This document shows, in pieces, positions 1-8,900 of a stretch of DNA of 24,619 nt. Every line of letters begins with the position of its first letter. The stretch's first letter is position 1. The notes under the pieces are model-generated. The model did no database searches. It was not told where the DNA came from and was given only the letters and a program-made list of their open reading frames with translations. Position numbers and translations under genes: made by a program. Origin of the DNA: a virus (Duplodnaviria; Caudoviricetes); IMG/VR virus record IMGVR_UViG_3300022217_000279, positions 1 to 24,619 of that record; one strand, given 5' to 3'.

Positions 1-2639
1 CCTCCGAATATATCTCTAATAATGCCGCCGGGATCTACAAAAGGAAAGATAAGATCTTCCCACCCGATGTTTCCGACACCGGGTATTGAAATGATATTCG
101 AAAAGTCGATATTCGCTATTGCATTCCCCACCGCGCTCACAAGACTGTCAATAATAGCCGTGCCCCATATGGGCACAGCGAGTGCGAGATTCTCTACCGG
201 AATGTCGAGATTTCCGACATGTGAGCGTACCTTGCCTATCATTTTCTGGGCATTATCACCGAATATTGCATCGGCGGCGGCCTTCCCGATACCTTTCGCC
301 CACGATGCCGAGGCAGTAAGAATGCTTGCCTGATCGAATTCGATATCTTTGATCATATTAATCACGCGGGATTTTATGCCATGCGCGGTGCTGTCGTGAA
401 ACACGGCAAGTGCCGAGGCTGTGCCGATACTGACAGCCCAATCCTTGGCGAAATTTTTTATCGAGATATTATCAAATGATAACCCCTTGATAGTATCCGT
501 GACCTTATCGATAATATCATCCGCCGTGCCTTTTCCAAAGATACTGTCAATAGCCGCCTCGGCGATTCTCAATGACCAGTCGGTCGCGGCGGTGATAATA
601 TTTATATCATCAATATTGATGTCGGCCAGATCATCGATAAGCGCGTCGGAGGATCCCTTGCCGAAGATTTTATCGACTATCGCCTCAGCAATATCGAGCG
701 CCCACTCCGTCGCAATTACCCAAATATGCGCGCTGTCGATGGATATATCCCCGACATCAAAAATGCCGCCGCCGCTAGGCACCGTGCCGCCGATCGTCCC
801 GCCGGGCACCGCGCCGCCGCCGATCGTCCCGCCGGTGCCGGCGCCTCCCCCCACGCCGCCGGTACCGACATGTACATCGGCTGTTAGATTTTTCCGCAGT
901 GTCCGGCCCAGCTCTTCAAATTGTCGTGTTGAATTTTTCACAAAATCCTCTACATCACGATTCATAAGATAGGTGTTCTCTGCTACGATATTTTGTAGAT
1001 CAACCGATAAATCAGCGCTCGCTCCGGCATAAGAGGTCGCTCTTCGTCCGCGCCGACTCCGGCGCGCCCGCATACCCTCAACCTCCGAGGAGGTTATCGT
1101 TCCGCCTTCAATCGAGCCTGCAATCCCACCGATAAGCGGCATGATAATCTGTTGACGTATAATGATCCTGGCAATATCGGATAATATGGCATCGCGCAAT
1201 GACGCCCATTCCAGCTTTCCCCGCACGACGAACCCGACAAGAGCATCCTCCATAGTGCGGAAACCGTTTACCGTCGCCTCTTGGATCTGTTTGCTCCGGT
1301 CCTTTATCGTGTCGTGGTAATCGAGGAACCCATATTTCATGTTACCCCAGATATCCTCGGTGTTAATGCGTTTAAACTCCTGCAGTATTTTTATTATCCG
1401 ATCTCCCACGGCATTATAAATCTCAAGCTGCTCGGATGTAAGATATTTTTCTTCTCTTAAAACCTCCTGGATGTCTGAAAGAGTTTTATACTCTTCTTGG
1501 AGTAATTCGATTTTTGATTTTGAGGTCTTCACAAGAGAGGAAAACAATTGTTTTCTCTCTTCCATGAGCTTATTGACCTTTGAGATCACCTCCGGCTCTG
1601 TATCTATTCCCATATCCGGCGGGGCAGCCCGTGGAGGTATTGCAGATAACCCCCGGAGATCCTTAATGATAGTGCCCCACTTTGCGAGCGTTGCGTCAAG
1701 CTCGTCAATCATCATCCGATTGAGGTCCTGTTCGAAGAAGCCCATTATTCCCGCGCCCGCAATCATGCCGGCAAAGCTTCCCCAAAGATCCATAAATGCC
1801 GCAAACCCGACGGTTGACGCTGCTATCCATGTGGCAAGGGTGCCGAACCACTCTCCCATTTCTTTAAACATCCCGAGGGTATCGGCATTATTCGTCATGA
1901 CATCAGTGATAGTCTTCAGCTCATCTGCCATGCCGGCGAGGATTTGGAGATTTATGGCGTCAATCGCGGTGCCCATATCAATGAGATTTTGATTTACCTT
2001 GTCCATGAGCCCCATGGTTTCATCGCTGACAATAGCACCATAACGCTCAAGCCGTTCGGTTACCTTCTCAAGTCCTTCGGAGCCTTGATTCAATACGGGA
2101 ATTAACTCTGCGCCGGATCGTCCGAGGAGTTTATAGGCAAGCGCCGCTTTCCTTCCGCCGTCATCCATCTGTTGAAACTTATCGGAAATATCGTAAAGGA
2201 CGGCGCTCGTATCCCGCATGGTGTCCTGAAAGGTGCTATGCTCGACCCCCAGATCTTCAAAATATCGTTTAGATTCGGAAAGGCCCTTGTTTGCATCGAG
2301 AATATTTGCGTTGAGTCGTTTCACCGCCGCGGCAACGCCGCGCTCTTCCACCCCCGCGTATTTCGCCGCTTGGAGCAGGCCTTGAAACTCTCGACTCGCC
2401 ATGCCCGCACTTTGGGCCATGTCTTGTAGATTGTCGATGACCTTGACGCCCTCGACGATGAAGGATTTTATGGCGTGAATACCGAACGCGGCACCGAGAG
2501 AGACCCCCACGGTTTTTATGATTCTTTTCGCATCTCGTGAAAAATTTTTAAGGTTTTTGTTGATTTTATCAAAATCAGTCTTAACCTTAGCGACGTCGGT
2601 CGCTATGTCGAGGATAACGCCCCCTACTTTTACCGGCAT
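1..2639 (-). CDS. Tail tape measure protein, lambda-like; 3' end lies beyond the left edge of the window
   Basis: Absent from the ORF track, consistent with no stop inside the window. Hand translation from ATG at 2639 (RBS AGAAGGA) gives MPVKVGGVILDIATDVAKVKTDFDKINKNL...KAALAYKLLGRSGAELIPVLNQGSEGL..., then a lambda TMP-like segment (GFRTMEDALVGFVVRGKLEWASLRDAILSDIARIIIRQQI). It follows the tail chaperone genes. Confidence 0.9.
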   Translation of the reverse strand, partial: MPVKVGGVILDIATDVAKVKTDFDKINKNLKNFSRDAKRIIKTVGVSLGAAFGIHAIKSFIVEGVKVIDNLQDMAQSAGMASREFQGLLQAAKYAGVEERGVAAAVKRLNANILDANKGLSESKRYFEDLGVEHSTFQDTMRDTSAVLYDISDKFQQMDDGGRKAALAYKLLGRSGAELIPVLNQGSEGLEKVTERLERYGAIVSDETMGLMDKVNQNLIDMGTAIDAINLQILAGMADELKTITDVMTNNADTLGMFKEMGEWFGTLATWIAASTVGFAAFMDLWGSFAGMIAGAGIMGFFEQDLNRMMIDELDATLAKWGTIIKDLRGLSAIPPRAAPPDMGIDTEPEVISKVNKLMEERKQLFSSLVKTSKSKIELLQEEYKTLSDIQEVLREEKYLTSEQLEIYNAVGDRIIKILQEFKRINTEDIWGNMKYGFLDYHDTIKDRSKQIQEATVNGFRTMEDALVGFVVRGKLEWASLRDAILSDIARIIIRQQIIMPLIGGIAGSIEGGTITSSEVEGMRARRSRRGRRATSYAGASADLSVDLQNIVAENTYLMNRDVEDFVKNSTRQFEELGRTLRKNLTADVHVGTGGVGGGAGTGGTIGGGAVPGGTIGGTVPSGGGIFDVGDISIDSAHIWVIATEWALDIAEAIVDKIFGKGSSDALIDDLADINIDDINIITAATDWSLRIAEAAIDSIFGKGTADDIIDKVTDTIKGLSFDNISIKNFAKDWAVSIGTASALAVFHDSTAHGIKSRVINMIKDIEFDQASILTASASWAKGIGKAAADAIFGDNAQKMIGKVRSHVGNLDIPVENLALAVPIWGTAIIDSLVSAVGNAIANIDFSNIISIPGVGNIGWEDLIFPFVDPGGIIRDIFG

Positions 2640-2656
2640 TTAGTTTCCTTCTAGGT

Positions 2657-2893
2657 TCAACGGTTATTCTTTTTCAGCCGTCCCCCTGTAATTGCTTTAA
2701 ATTTTTCCCTCAGTGTTGTCTGTTCGTTCTTTTGTTTTGTTTCCCGTCCGCGCTTATTGATAATGATGTGATATGCAAGCCAGTCGATTAGTTCTTGACT
2801 GTCTATCTCGTTCAGCAGCTTTGTTCTGCTCATATGCAAATCCCGGGCAAGCTGCAGTATAAAAAATTCCTCCGGATTTGCCTCTAGTTTTTT
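2657..2893 (-). CDS. Tail assembly chaperone -1 frameshift extension (gpT-like part of gpGT)
   Basis: The -1 frame after the slippery site reads KLEANPEEFFILQLARDLHMSRTKLLNEIDSQELIDWLAY..., continuous with track ORF 2657..2839. It sits between the chaperone and the tape measure gene. Confidence 0.8.
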   Translation of the reverse strand, partial: KKLEANPEEFFILQLARDLHMSRTKLLNEIDSQELIDWLAYHIIINKRGRETKQKNEQTTLREKFKAITGGRLKKNNR

Positions 2894-3252
2894 ACTTTTT
2901 TATCGATTGATTTTTGCGTTAAGCCGTTAAGCTCCGCCGCTGTTTCGAAAATTTTTCCCATGACGGTAGAGGGTAGCTTATCTATTGCTTCCATGTCCTC
3001 AAAAGTAAAAATCGGCTCCCCCGTATCCCAACATGAGCACATGATAATAAGCAAGGGGACCAGACATTCCGGGGTGCCGTCGCTCGTTTTTTTCTTATCC
3101 GTTGCGCACCGGATATGAAAATTTCGACGTTCCTCGCCCGTCATGACCTTTACCCAAATCGATGCATCCATCTCTTTTAGAAAGAGCTCTTTCATGATAG
3201 GGCTCATGCCGAGCAGCTCATCCTTGTTTATTTTTTTTCTTTTCGACAGCAG
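2884..3252 (-). CDS. Tail assembly chaperone (gpG-like)
   Basis: Located between tail tube and tape measure genes; ...IWVKVMTGEERR...GEPIFT.ED...IFETAAELNGL. The track starts it at ATG 3207, but the frame is open to a CTG at 3252 that lies 6 nt after AAGGAG. Confidence 0.8.
   Translation of the reverse strand: MLSKRKKINKDELLGMSPIMKELFLKEMDASIWVKVMTGEERRNFHIRCATDKKKTSDGTPECLVPLLIIMCSCWDTGEPIFTFEDMEAIDKLPSTVMGKIFETAAELNGLTQKSIDKKVKN
2887..2893 (-). other. Programmed -1 ribosomal frameshift heptamer A AAA AAC
   Basis: Minus strand reads GTA AAA AAC TAG, an X XXY YYZ heptamer directly before the chaperone stop. The -1 frame stays open to 2657. Confidence 0.8.
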
Positions 3253-3285
3253 ATAATTCTCCTTTCGAGGTTCAAAGGTTCAAGT

Positions 3286-3951
3286 TTACGTTGTTACTTT
3301 AGTTGAGTAATTGACTGCTCCGGAGATCTCGATAGCCGCGTTTGCCGATACCTTGTCATCCGCCGCGCCGTTAAGTGAAAATCCGTTGCAATATCCGAAA
3401 AAATCCGCCCGTGACGGCATTGCGCTGTCCGATTTATCAAGGTCGTGAAAAAGTATGTCATAGAGGTTTTTATACCGCGCCGCCCGGTCCGCTTTCATTC
3501 CTATCTGGCCCGTATCGGTCGGGTCATAGTTGAGGGTCATTGTTAGTTGTCCCTCGTCCCTCACTCCTATCATTTTTTCTTTTGCCGTCGATTGTAGGTG
3601 CGTGACGTCAATCACGCCCGCCGCGCCGCCCGGCCCACCGAAATCGACCACCTCGCCCACGTTGCCCATGGAATATCCCGTAATGATAATATTTGTCGCG
3701 CCCGTCGTGCCGAAGGTGCCGTAGATTGCAATTGCCGTTGCCGCCACTGATTTTATCGCATAGACGGAGGTGTCTTTCGCATCGCATTTAATCAGCATAG
3801 AAGTGGTGAATCCTAGGCCCGCCGTTGTAAAATCAATCGTCCCCGTGCAGACGATTACGGTGGATTGTATATCCATAGCCGTGGAGGCAGAGGAGGTTAC
3901 AAGCGCGGTCGATGCCCGTCTGATAAGTGTTCCTTGTGATTCTACTGCCAT
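3286..3951 (-). CDS. Major tail tube protein paralogue 2, with an extra Thr/Ala/Ser-rich N-terminal insertion
   Basis: GEVVDFGGPGGAAGVIDVTHLQSTAKEKMIGVRDEGQLTMTLNY resembles lambda gpV/Phage_tail_3 tube proteins. It is about 80 aa longer than the adjacent paralogue. Confidence 0.85.
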   Translation of the reverse strand: MAVESQGTLIRRASTALVTSSASTAMDIQSTVIVCTGTIDFTTAGLGFTTSMLIKCDAKDTSVYAIKSVAATAIAIYGTFGTTGATNIIITGYSMGNVGEVVDFGGPGGAAGVIDVTHLQSTAKEKMIGVRDEGQLTMTLNYDPTDTGQIGMKADRAARYKNLYDILFHDLDKSDSAMPSRADFFGYCNGFSLNGAADDKVSANAAIEISGAVNYSTKVTT

Positions 3952-3962
3952 GACATTCTCCC

Positions 3963-4379
3963 TTATGCTGTGGTATAAGTAACCGCGCCGGTTATCTCGA
4001 TAGCCGCGTTGGCGACGATTTTATCATCCGCAGCGCCGTTGACTGAAAACTGAAGGCAGTATCCGTCGAACACTGCACATGACGTGGCGGTATCGGAAAA
4101 TTTAAGCAGCGCTTTTCGCTTCGTACGAGAAGCCCTGTCGCTGACGAGCGCGATTTGACCGGTATTAGTCGGATTGTAATTGAGAGTCATTGTGAACTGG
4201 CCTTCGTCACGGAGCCCTATCATTTTTTCCTTTGCCGTCGATTGTAAGTGCGTGACATCAATCACGCCCGCCGCGCCGCCCGGCCCACCGAAATCCACGA
4301 CCTCGCCTACCTCTTGAGCAGTGCTTTGCGCCGTGGACGTACTCCAAAAAAATTTACACCCTTGGGTTTCTATTGCCAT
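3963..4379 (-). CDS. Major tail tube protein paralogue 1
   Basis: Same tube motif (IDVTHLQSTAKEKMIGLRDEGQFTMTLNY...IEITGAV). RBS AAGGAGA upstream; follows the tail terminator domain. Confidence 0.88.
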   Translation of the reverse strand: MAIETQGCKFFWSTSTAQSTAQEVGEVVDFGGPGGAAGVIDVTHLQSTAKEKMIGLRDEGQFTMTLNYNPTNTGQIALVSDRASRTKRKALLKFSDTATSCAVFDGYCLQFSVNGAADDKIVANAAIEITGAVTYTTA

Positions 4380-4407
4380 AATTATCTCCTTGTTTCAAAG
4401 GTTCAGG

Positions 4408-6675
4408 TTAATCATGATTCCAGAGCGAAAAATCCAGAACCCTTTTATATTCTTCCATAGTTTCATCATAAATATCAACCGGACTCATCGCCGTAATGGC
4501 GCTAAACCGCGTACTCGATTCCATGGCGGTTATAACGGCATCTCCCAGCGCTATTCCGCCATCCACCGAGGTAGCGTATACCTCGATTGATACACGCGGG
4601 TTTTCAAGGTCTACATAGCCCTCGTTAAGCGTATATTCCCTATTGCCTCCCACGCGGCTGAACACAAGCGATGGATGCTCCTCGTTTTGCGGCCTGTGTA
4701 GCGGGTAGATTCGGGCCGAGGTAAGTGCCGTCACCGCCGCGGCGCCGGTAAGTGTGGAGTAAATCTTGCTTTCCAACGTCGTGCCGCCTGCCGGCAGGGA
4801 GTGAGAAAATTTAAAGGGCACGCCATGAACGCTATAGACATCCACGGTGCCGATCGATGGCGTAATGATCCATTGAGGATCGATGAGCACATATTTGGCA
4901 GCCTCGTATGTAGAGCAATAGAAATTAAAATAAACAATTCCCTCTCGGCCCGTTGTAAAGGTAACGCTACATGATCGCCATCCGGCATTGGCATAAGACT
5001 GGCCGGATGTCCGGATCGTGGTGCGGGCATTGTCGCTGCTTGCGAAATAGCTCGCTTTTATGTAGACATCGTCCTGATCCAGGGGAGTAGTCCAGTCAGA
5101 GGGATAGAGTTTAATAGTCAATGTGTAGGTACCCGCCCGGCAATACAGAGCCATATCCCGCACGGGGCTCAAGATCACCTGCATATTACTCGATGTGGCG
5201 CAATAACTGTTCGGCGTCAGCTGTAATATCCAGTCATTCTCCGAATCCGGCGCTTGCCAGTCACCGTCGGCGCTGGTGAGTGGGAGGAGCGTGCCGGCGT
5301 TTTCATATATTCGCAATTCGCGATTAATAGAGTTTATATCGCAGTCTTCATATATAATACAACTATTATATTGATTTGATATATAAGTAATATTGATTGA
5401 TGAGAAATCACCGTGTACAAGAAGTTTAAACGCGTTATAAATATCCTTCGTGTTTCCTACGAAATCACCGTTGATAACACAATTAAAACTATAGTTTATT
5501 CCATTATTATTACCTAAAAAATCGCCGGTTACGGTTGAATCGTTGGACTCATACAGCCCGTTATTATTCGATATAAAATCGCCCATAACGACATGCCCTT
5601 CCTTCGAATAGGTCAGCCCTTGGTTATTGGAGATAAAATCTCCGATAATGATATGATTATTTCCCGAGTGAATTGCCCGAAAATGAGAGACAAAATCTCC
5701 CGTGATAGTGTGATTCGTGCCGGAAGATATTCCGTATTGCTGTGAGACAAAATCTCCCGATAGGATAAAATTCGATCCAAGATAACTGGCATAATCGTTT
5801 GATGCGAATGCCACATTTTCGAAAATCGCGTTCCATCCGCCCAAGATGGCATTTCGCCAGCCATAAAAAAGCGCATGATGTATATTTATCAGATTATTCC
5901 CCGCTGCCTGATTATTATCAAATCGTATTCTATTCGTATAAGCATTATATGAGTAAACAACGAGTGTTGCCCCGGGATCACAGAGCTGTACATTGCGGCT
6001 AAGCATAATGAGTTGATTTGCATGGCTTTGATAGAGAGCATTAAAAGTAATAGCCGGCGCTGCTTCAGTGATAGTGATCGGCGTCCGATCGTTAGTCGAA
6101 TCGTAAGCCCCGACAGTATCTATAGTATAGATATGTCCGTCATCCTGATAATTATCATACAATATATTTTCATGTATCCAGAATTTTTGACCCGATGCCC
6201 ATGTTGTGCTTAGATCACCCGATACGTAGAGCGTTTGGCCGGCTGTCCAGTCGTCGTTTAGCGTCGCATATCGGGTCGGCCCGTAAAAATCTCCATCGCC
6301 GTATATGTTAATTGTGCCGCCATCGTTTAATACTAAAGTGTCCCGTTCGGCGGCGCCTTGCGGCCAGTGAAAATAACAATGATTCGCCGCGTCGATGGGT
6401 GCGCCGTTCGTGCCGGCACGCAGCTCGCCGCCGGAGTTTATGGTCAGGATGCCGGTAGCATTGAATAAAATGGTTGAATCCGAAGCAATAGGAAAAATTA
6501 AAATTCCGGAGGCATTAATTGTGACATTGCCCCAGGCGATGGCCGAGTCACCCATGTCGTAGGTAACCTCATGGCCCATCGTGGCGGTGTCGTCATTGGC
6601 AGAGGGATGACCCCCGCCGCCCCATGTTGCATCGGCGCTCCAATTTCCGTTTTGTGTTGATGTATAATCAGCCAT
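4408..6675 (-). CDS. Fusion protein: G8-like beta domain and beta-helix repeats, plus a C-terminal tail terminator (DUF3168/gp17-like) domain
   Basis: N-terminus STQNGNWSADATWGGGGHPSANDDTA...VTINASGILIF; seven GDF repeats with 19-20 aa period; the last ~125 aa (LESKIYSTLTGAAAVTALTSARIYPLHRPQ...RVSIEVYA...YKRVLDFSLW) match the tail-completion pattern at its expected position before the tube gene. Confidence 0.75.
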   Translation of the reverse strand: MADYTSTQNGNWSADATWGGGGHPSANDDTATMGHEVTYDMGDSAIAWGNVTINASGILIFPIASDSTILFNATGILTINSGGELRAGTNGAPIDAANHCYFHWPQGAAERDTLVLNDGGTINIYGDGDFYGPTRYATLNDDWTAGQTLYVSGDLSTTWASGQKFWIHENILYDNYQDDGHIYTIDTVGAYDSTNDRTPITITEAAPAITFNALYQSHANQLIMLSRNVQLCDPGATLVVYSYNAYTNRIRFDNNQAAGNNLINIHHALFYGWRNAILGGWNAIFENVAFASNDYASYLGSNFILSGDFVSQQYGISSGTNHTITGDFVSHFRAIHSGNNHIIIGDFISNNQGLTYSKEGHVVMGDFISNNNGLYESNDSTVTGDFLGNNNGINYSFNCVINGDFVGNTKDIYNAFKLLVHGDFSSINITYISNQYNSCIIYEDCDINSINRELRIYENAGTLLPLTSADGDWQAPDSENDWILQLTPNSYCATSSNMQVILSPVRDMALYCRAGTYTLTIKLYPSDWTTPLDQDDVYIKASYFASSDNARTTIRTSGQSYANAGWRSCSVTFTTGREGIVYFNFYCSTYEAAKYVLIDPQWIITPSIGTVDVYSVHGVPFKFSHSLPAGGTTLESKIYSTLTGAAAVTALTSARIYPLHRPQNEEHPSLVFSRVGGNREYTLNEGYVDLENPRVSIEVYATSVDGGIALGDAVITAMESSTRFSAITAMSPVDIYDETMEEYKRVLDFSLWNHD

Positions 6676-6692
6676 TTTTTAATTCTTATTTT

Positions 6693-6761
6693 ACCACGGA
6701 GGCACGGAGACACGGAGTTTTTTTAATTTTTTTATCTCTGTGCTCTCCGTGCCTCCGTGGT
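6693..6761. repeat. REP-like palindromic element, copy 1 (full hairpin)
   Basis: accacggaggcacggagacacggag-(T-rich loop)-ctctgtgctctccgtgcctccgtggt; the outer 18 bp form a perfect inverted repeat. Confidence 0.9.
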
Positions 6762-6768
6762 TCATTCA

Positions 6769-7083
6769 TTATCCCACGTCTAATGATATAGGCATATCCT
6801 CGGAGAATTCAACATCCTCTCCGATATATCCCTTATCCCTCAATATTGCCGTCACCTCATCCGCTGTCCATACGCGTTCGGGTGGGATCTCTTCTTCTTG
6901 AAATGCGGGAAAAACTACACTCTTGAATATATTTGCCAGCTCGACATCCGACAGAGGAGAAGCGGACCCCGTCTGCAAAATGTAATTCGAAATCAACAAA
7001 TCTTTCTCGTCGTCAAATATATCGGCCCAATATTCATAAGCTCCCTCGCGTTGCACAATATGTGTTATATCATAAGTCATCAC
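6769..7083 (-). CDS. Hypothetical acidic protein in the neck/tail gene block
   Basis: About 100-aa ORF in the operon direction with RBS-like AAGGAA upstream. No family recognised. Confidence 0.65.
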   Translation of the reverse strand: MMTYDITHIVQREGAYEYWADIFDDEKDLLISNYILQTGSASPLSDVELANIFKSVVFPAFQEEEIPPERVWTADEVTAILRDKGYIGEDVEFSEDMPISLDVG

Positions 7084-7098
7084 ATAAGTTCCTTGCCC

Positions 7099-7608
7099 TT
7101 ACTTCCGATATTTTTTTATCGACCGATCAAACGTCCGCTGGCCCAGCGTGATAGCGTTGCGGTATCCTTCTTCAAAAGACCGTGTGACAAATCGTTTCCC
7201 CTTCGTGCCCGGGTGTTCTATCGGCCCGGTGATAATAGTATTTCCGATTCTCATCCGCACCGGTTTCGGCGCTCTCCCTTTTTTTACGCGCGGGATAAAG
7301 TGTCTTCCCGTTCCGAACTCGACCATAACTGCATGGGATCCATCATATTTTACATTTTTGCCGTAAGTAAACCCGACAATATAATTAATCTTTTTTGACC
7401 GCTTTTGTTTTATCCGCTTTATCCTAACGGATTTTTTAAGCGTGCCTGTTCTGACCGGACAATTCTTCCTCACGGTCCGTGCAAGTGATGACGCTGTCGA
7501 GCGCGTCATCCCAACCGATGCTTTTTTTTGTATATATGATCCGAGCGAGGAGAGGGCGCGAAAGGTCTTGTTAAGTCCTTTTACCTCAAGATTCATATAC
7601 CCGGCCAT
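7099..7608 (-). CDS. HK97 gp10-family tail component
   Basis: Basic protein with CPVRTGTLKKSV, HAVMVEFGT and HPGTKGKRFVTRSF motifs; follows the head closure gene. Confidence 0.88.
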   Translation of the reverse strand: MAGYMNLEVKGLNKTFRALSSLGSYIQKKASVGMTRSTASSLARTVRKNCPVRTGTLKKSVRIKRIKQKRSKKINYIVGFTYGKNVKYDGSHAVMVEFGTGRHFIPRVKKGRAPKPVRMRIGNTIITGPIEHPGTKGKRFVTRSFEEGYRNAITLGQRTFDRSIKKYRK

Positions 7609-7620
7609 TTGATCCCCTTT

Positions 7621-7944
7621 TTATCTTACTACTTTCCCGAGGATGTGAAGCTCTATATTCTTGCTTTTGAAATCAATAAATTTCTTTATGTCGTAAAATT
7701 CATTGTTAAATTTTATTCGGCATAACTCAGTAACAATGGTTGTATAGCGGATAACAAAATCAATATCAGCCTCGTAAAATACGGCATCATTTGCAAAGAA
7801 TTCTCTGCCTGTAATGGGTCGCGCCTCGGCCCATACATTGCTTGATAACGTCGATACGGTCATCACCGGCGCGCCGGAGTCGGCACGGGATGTCGAGGTT
7901 GTTTTAGTAATTGATATCAATTTATTCATCCGTCCGGCATCCAT
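7621..7944 (-). CDS. Head closure/stopper protein (SPP1 gp16-like)
   Basis: MDAGRMNKLISI...VWAEARPITGREFF...FVIRY...RIKFNNEFYDI pattern and gene position. Confidence 0.9.
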   Translation of the reverse strand: MDAGRMNKLISITKTTSTSRADSGAPVMTVSTLSSNVWAEARPITGREFFANDAVFYEADIDFVIRYTTIVTELCRIKFNNEFYDIKKFIDFKSKNIELHILGKVVR

Positions 7945-7956
7945 ATTTTAGTACTC

Positions 7957-8553
7957 CTAGTATGATGATGAGAATACAATAAGATCGTCAACCAATCCGT
8001 CGAAAAAATAGCGATGTAGATAATGAACGCCCCGCATATCAAGGACTCCTTCTCGGTGTTTATAGGCTACCCCTATACGAAGCTTCATCCATTCCAGAGC
8101 ATTTTGAGGAATTGTTGCGGTGGTGTATCCCGCGCTGTAGCTTATCCGTACCGCGCCCTCCACATCCCGTATATCTGTAGGCCACGCGCTATTATACGCA
8201 AGATAGATCCTTCCCGGTGAACTCCTGTAATCTACCGTATAGACCGTGCTTTCAACCGTCGATGTCCCACCGGTGCTGTTGGTGTATTGAATAACCACAT
8301 CCGATGCGCTGGTAGAAAGGGGCGGATATAAAAGCTCAATATCCTCGGCAAAGCTATCGCAGACCATTAAAAATGATGACGGGACAAGCGCTCTTTTTAT
8401 CTTATTTTCAAGCTGAATCCTTGCTGCGCTTATATATCCGCTTACAAGAGAATCCTCGATTGTTGATTGTATCTTGAGATGTGAATTAACCGATGATGTT
8501 TCAATCGGCTCGATAGTAGATCTGCTGGACACGGTTAATGAACGAATTATCAT
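7957..8553 (-). CDS. Head-tail connector/adaptor (HK97 gp6 / phiE125 gp8-like)
   Basis: EPI...HLKI...EDSLVSGYISAARIQLE...RAL...AVRISYSAGY...IP...YKHRE pattern. Confidence 0.88.
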   Translation of the reverse strand: MIIRSLTVSSRSTIEPIETSSVNSHLKIQSTIEDSLVSGYISAARIQLENKIKRALVPSSFLMVCDSFAEDIELLYPPLSTSASDVVIQYTNSTGGTSTVESTVYTVDYRSSPGRIYLAYNSAWPTDIRDVEGAVRISYSAGYTTATIPQNALEWMKLRIGVAYKHREGVLDMRGVHYLHRYFFDGLVDDLIVFSSSY

Positions 8554-8840
8554 AAGACGATTCCTTTATCTTCAGTGTGTGAATGTCTTAAAAATTGTTT
8601 TTCATCGACTTTATTATTCAATGATCCGTATAGGTTTGTAAGCTCGATCTCTTTCCGCTCGCATTTTGTCGTTATAGTCAGAAGCTGATCGCGGAGCTCG
8701 CTTTTATCCACTTTTTTTTCTAATGCCATGCTTATCCGATCGATTTTTGTCTCTAAGCTGCAGATCCATTTTTTTATGAAATAACCCAGGAGAAGAACCA
8801 GGAATCCGAGCAGAGCAGATGGGGTAAATTGTTCTAGCAT
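8550..8840 (-). CDS. Small membrane protein with one N-terminal transmembrane helix and a coiled coil (holin-like, uncertain)
   Basis: Hydrophobic ALLGFLVLLLGYFI followed by a charged helical region. The stop overlaps the connector start. Confidence 0.55.
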   Translation of the reverse strand: MLEQFTPSALLGFLVLLLGYFIKKWICSLETKIDRISMALEKKVDKSELRDQLLTITTKCERKEIELTNLYGSLNNKVDEKQFLRHSHTEDKGIVL

Positions 8841-8866
8841 TTTATCATATCCTTCATTTTTTTAAT

Positions 8867-8892
8867 CTCTGTGCACTCCGTGCCTCCGTGGT
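8867..8892. repeat. REP-like element, copy 2 (right arm only)
   Basis: ctctgtgcactccgtgcctccgtggt is identical to the right arm of copy 3 and differs by one base from copy 1. Confidence 0.85.
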
Positions 8893-8900
8893 TTATTCAT

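Noticed and set aside
22-2429. Several long plus-strand ORFs (22..333, 421..972, 1471..1992, 2172..2429) and similar ones elsewhere
   Set aside because: They are antisense shadows of recognisable minus-strand genes. The Pro-rich stretch in 421..972 simply mirrors the Gly-rich linker of the tape measure protein.
6693-6761. Hairpins considered as tRNA or a known ncRNA
   Set aside because: They are single long stems with a poly-T loop and show no cloverleaf, T-loop or other recognisable RNA family features.
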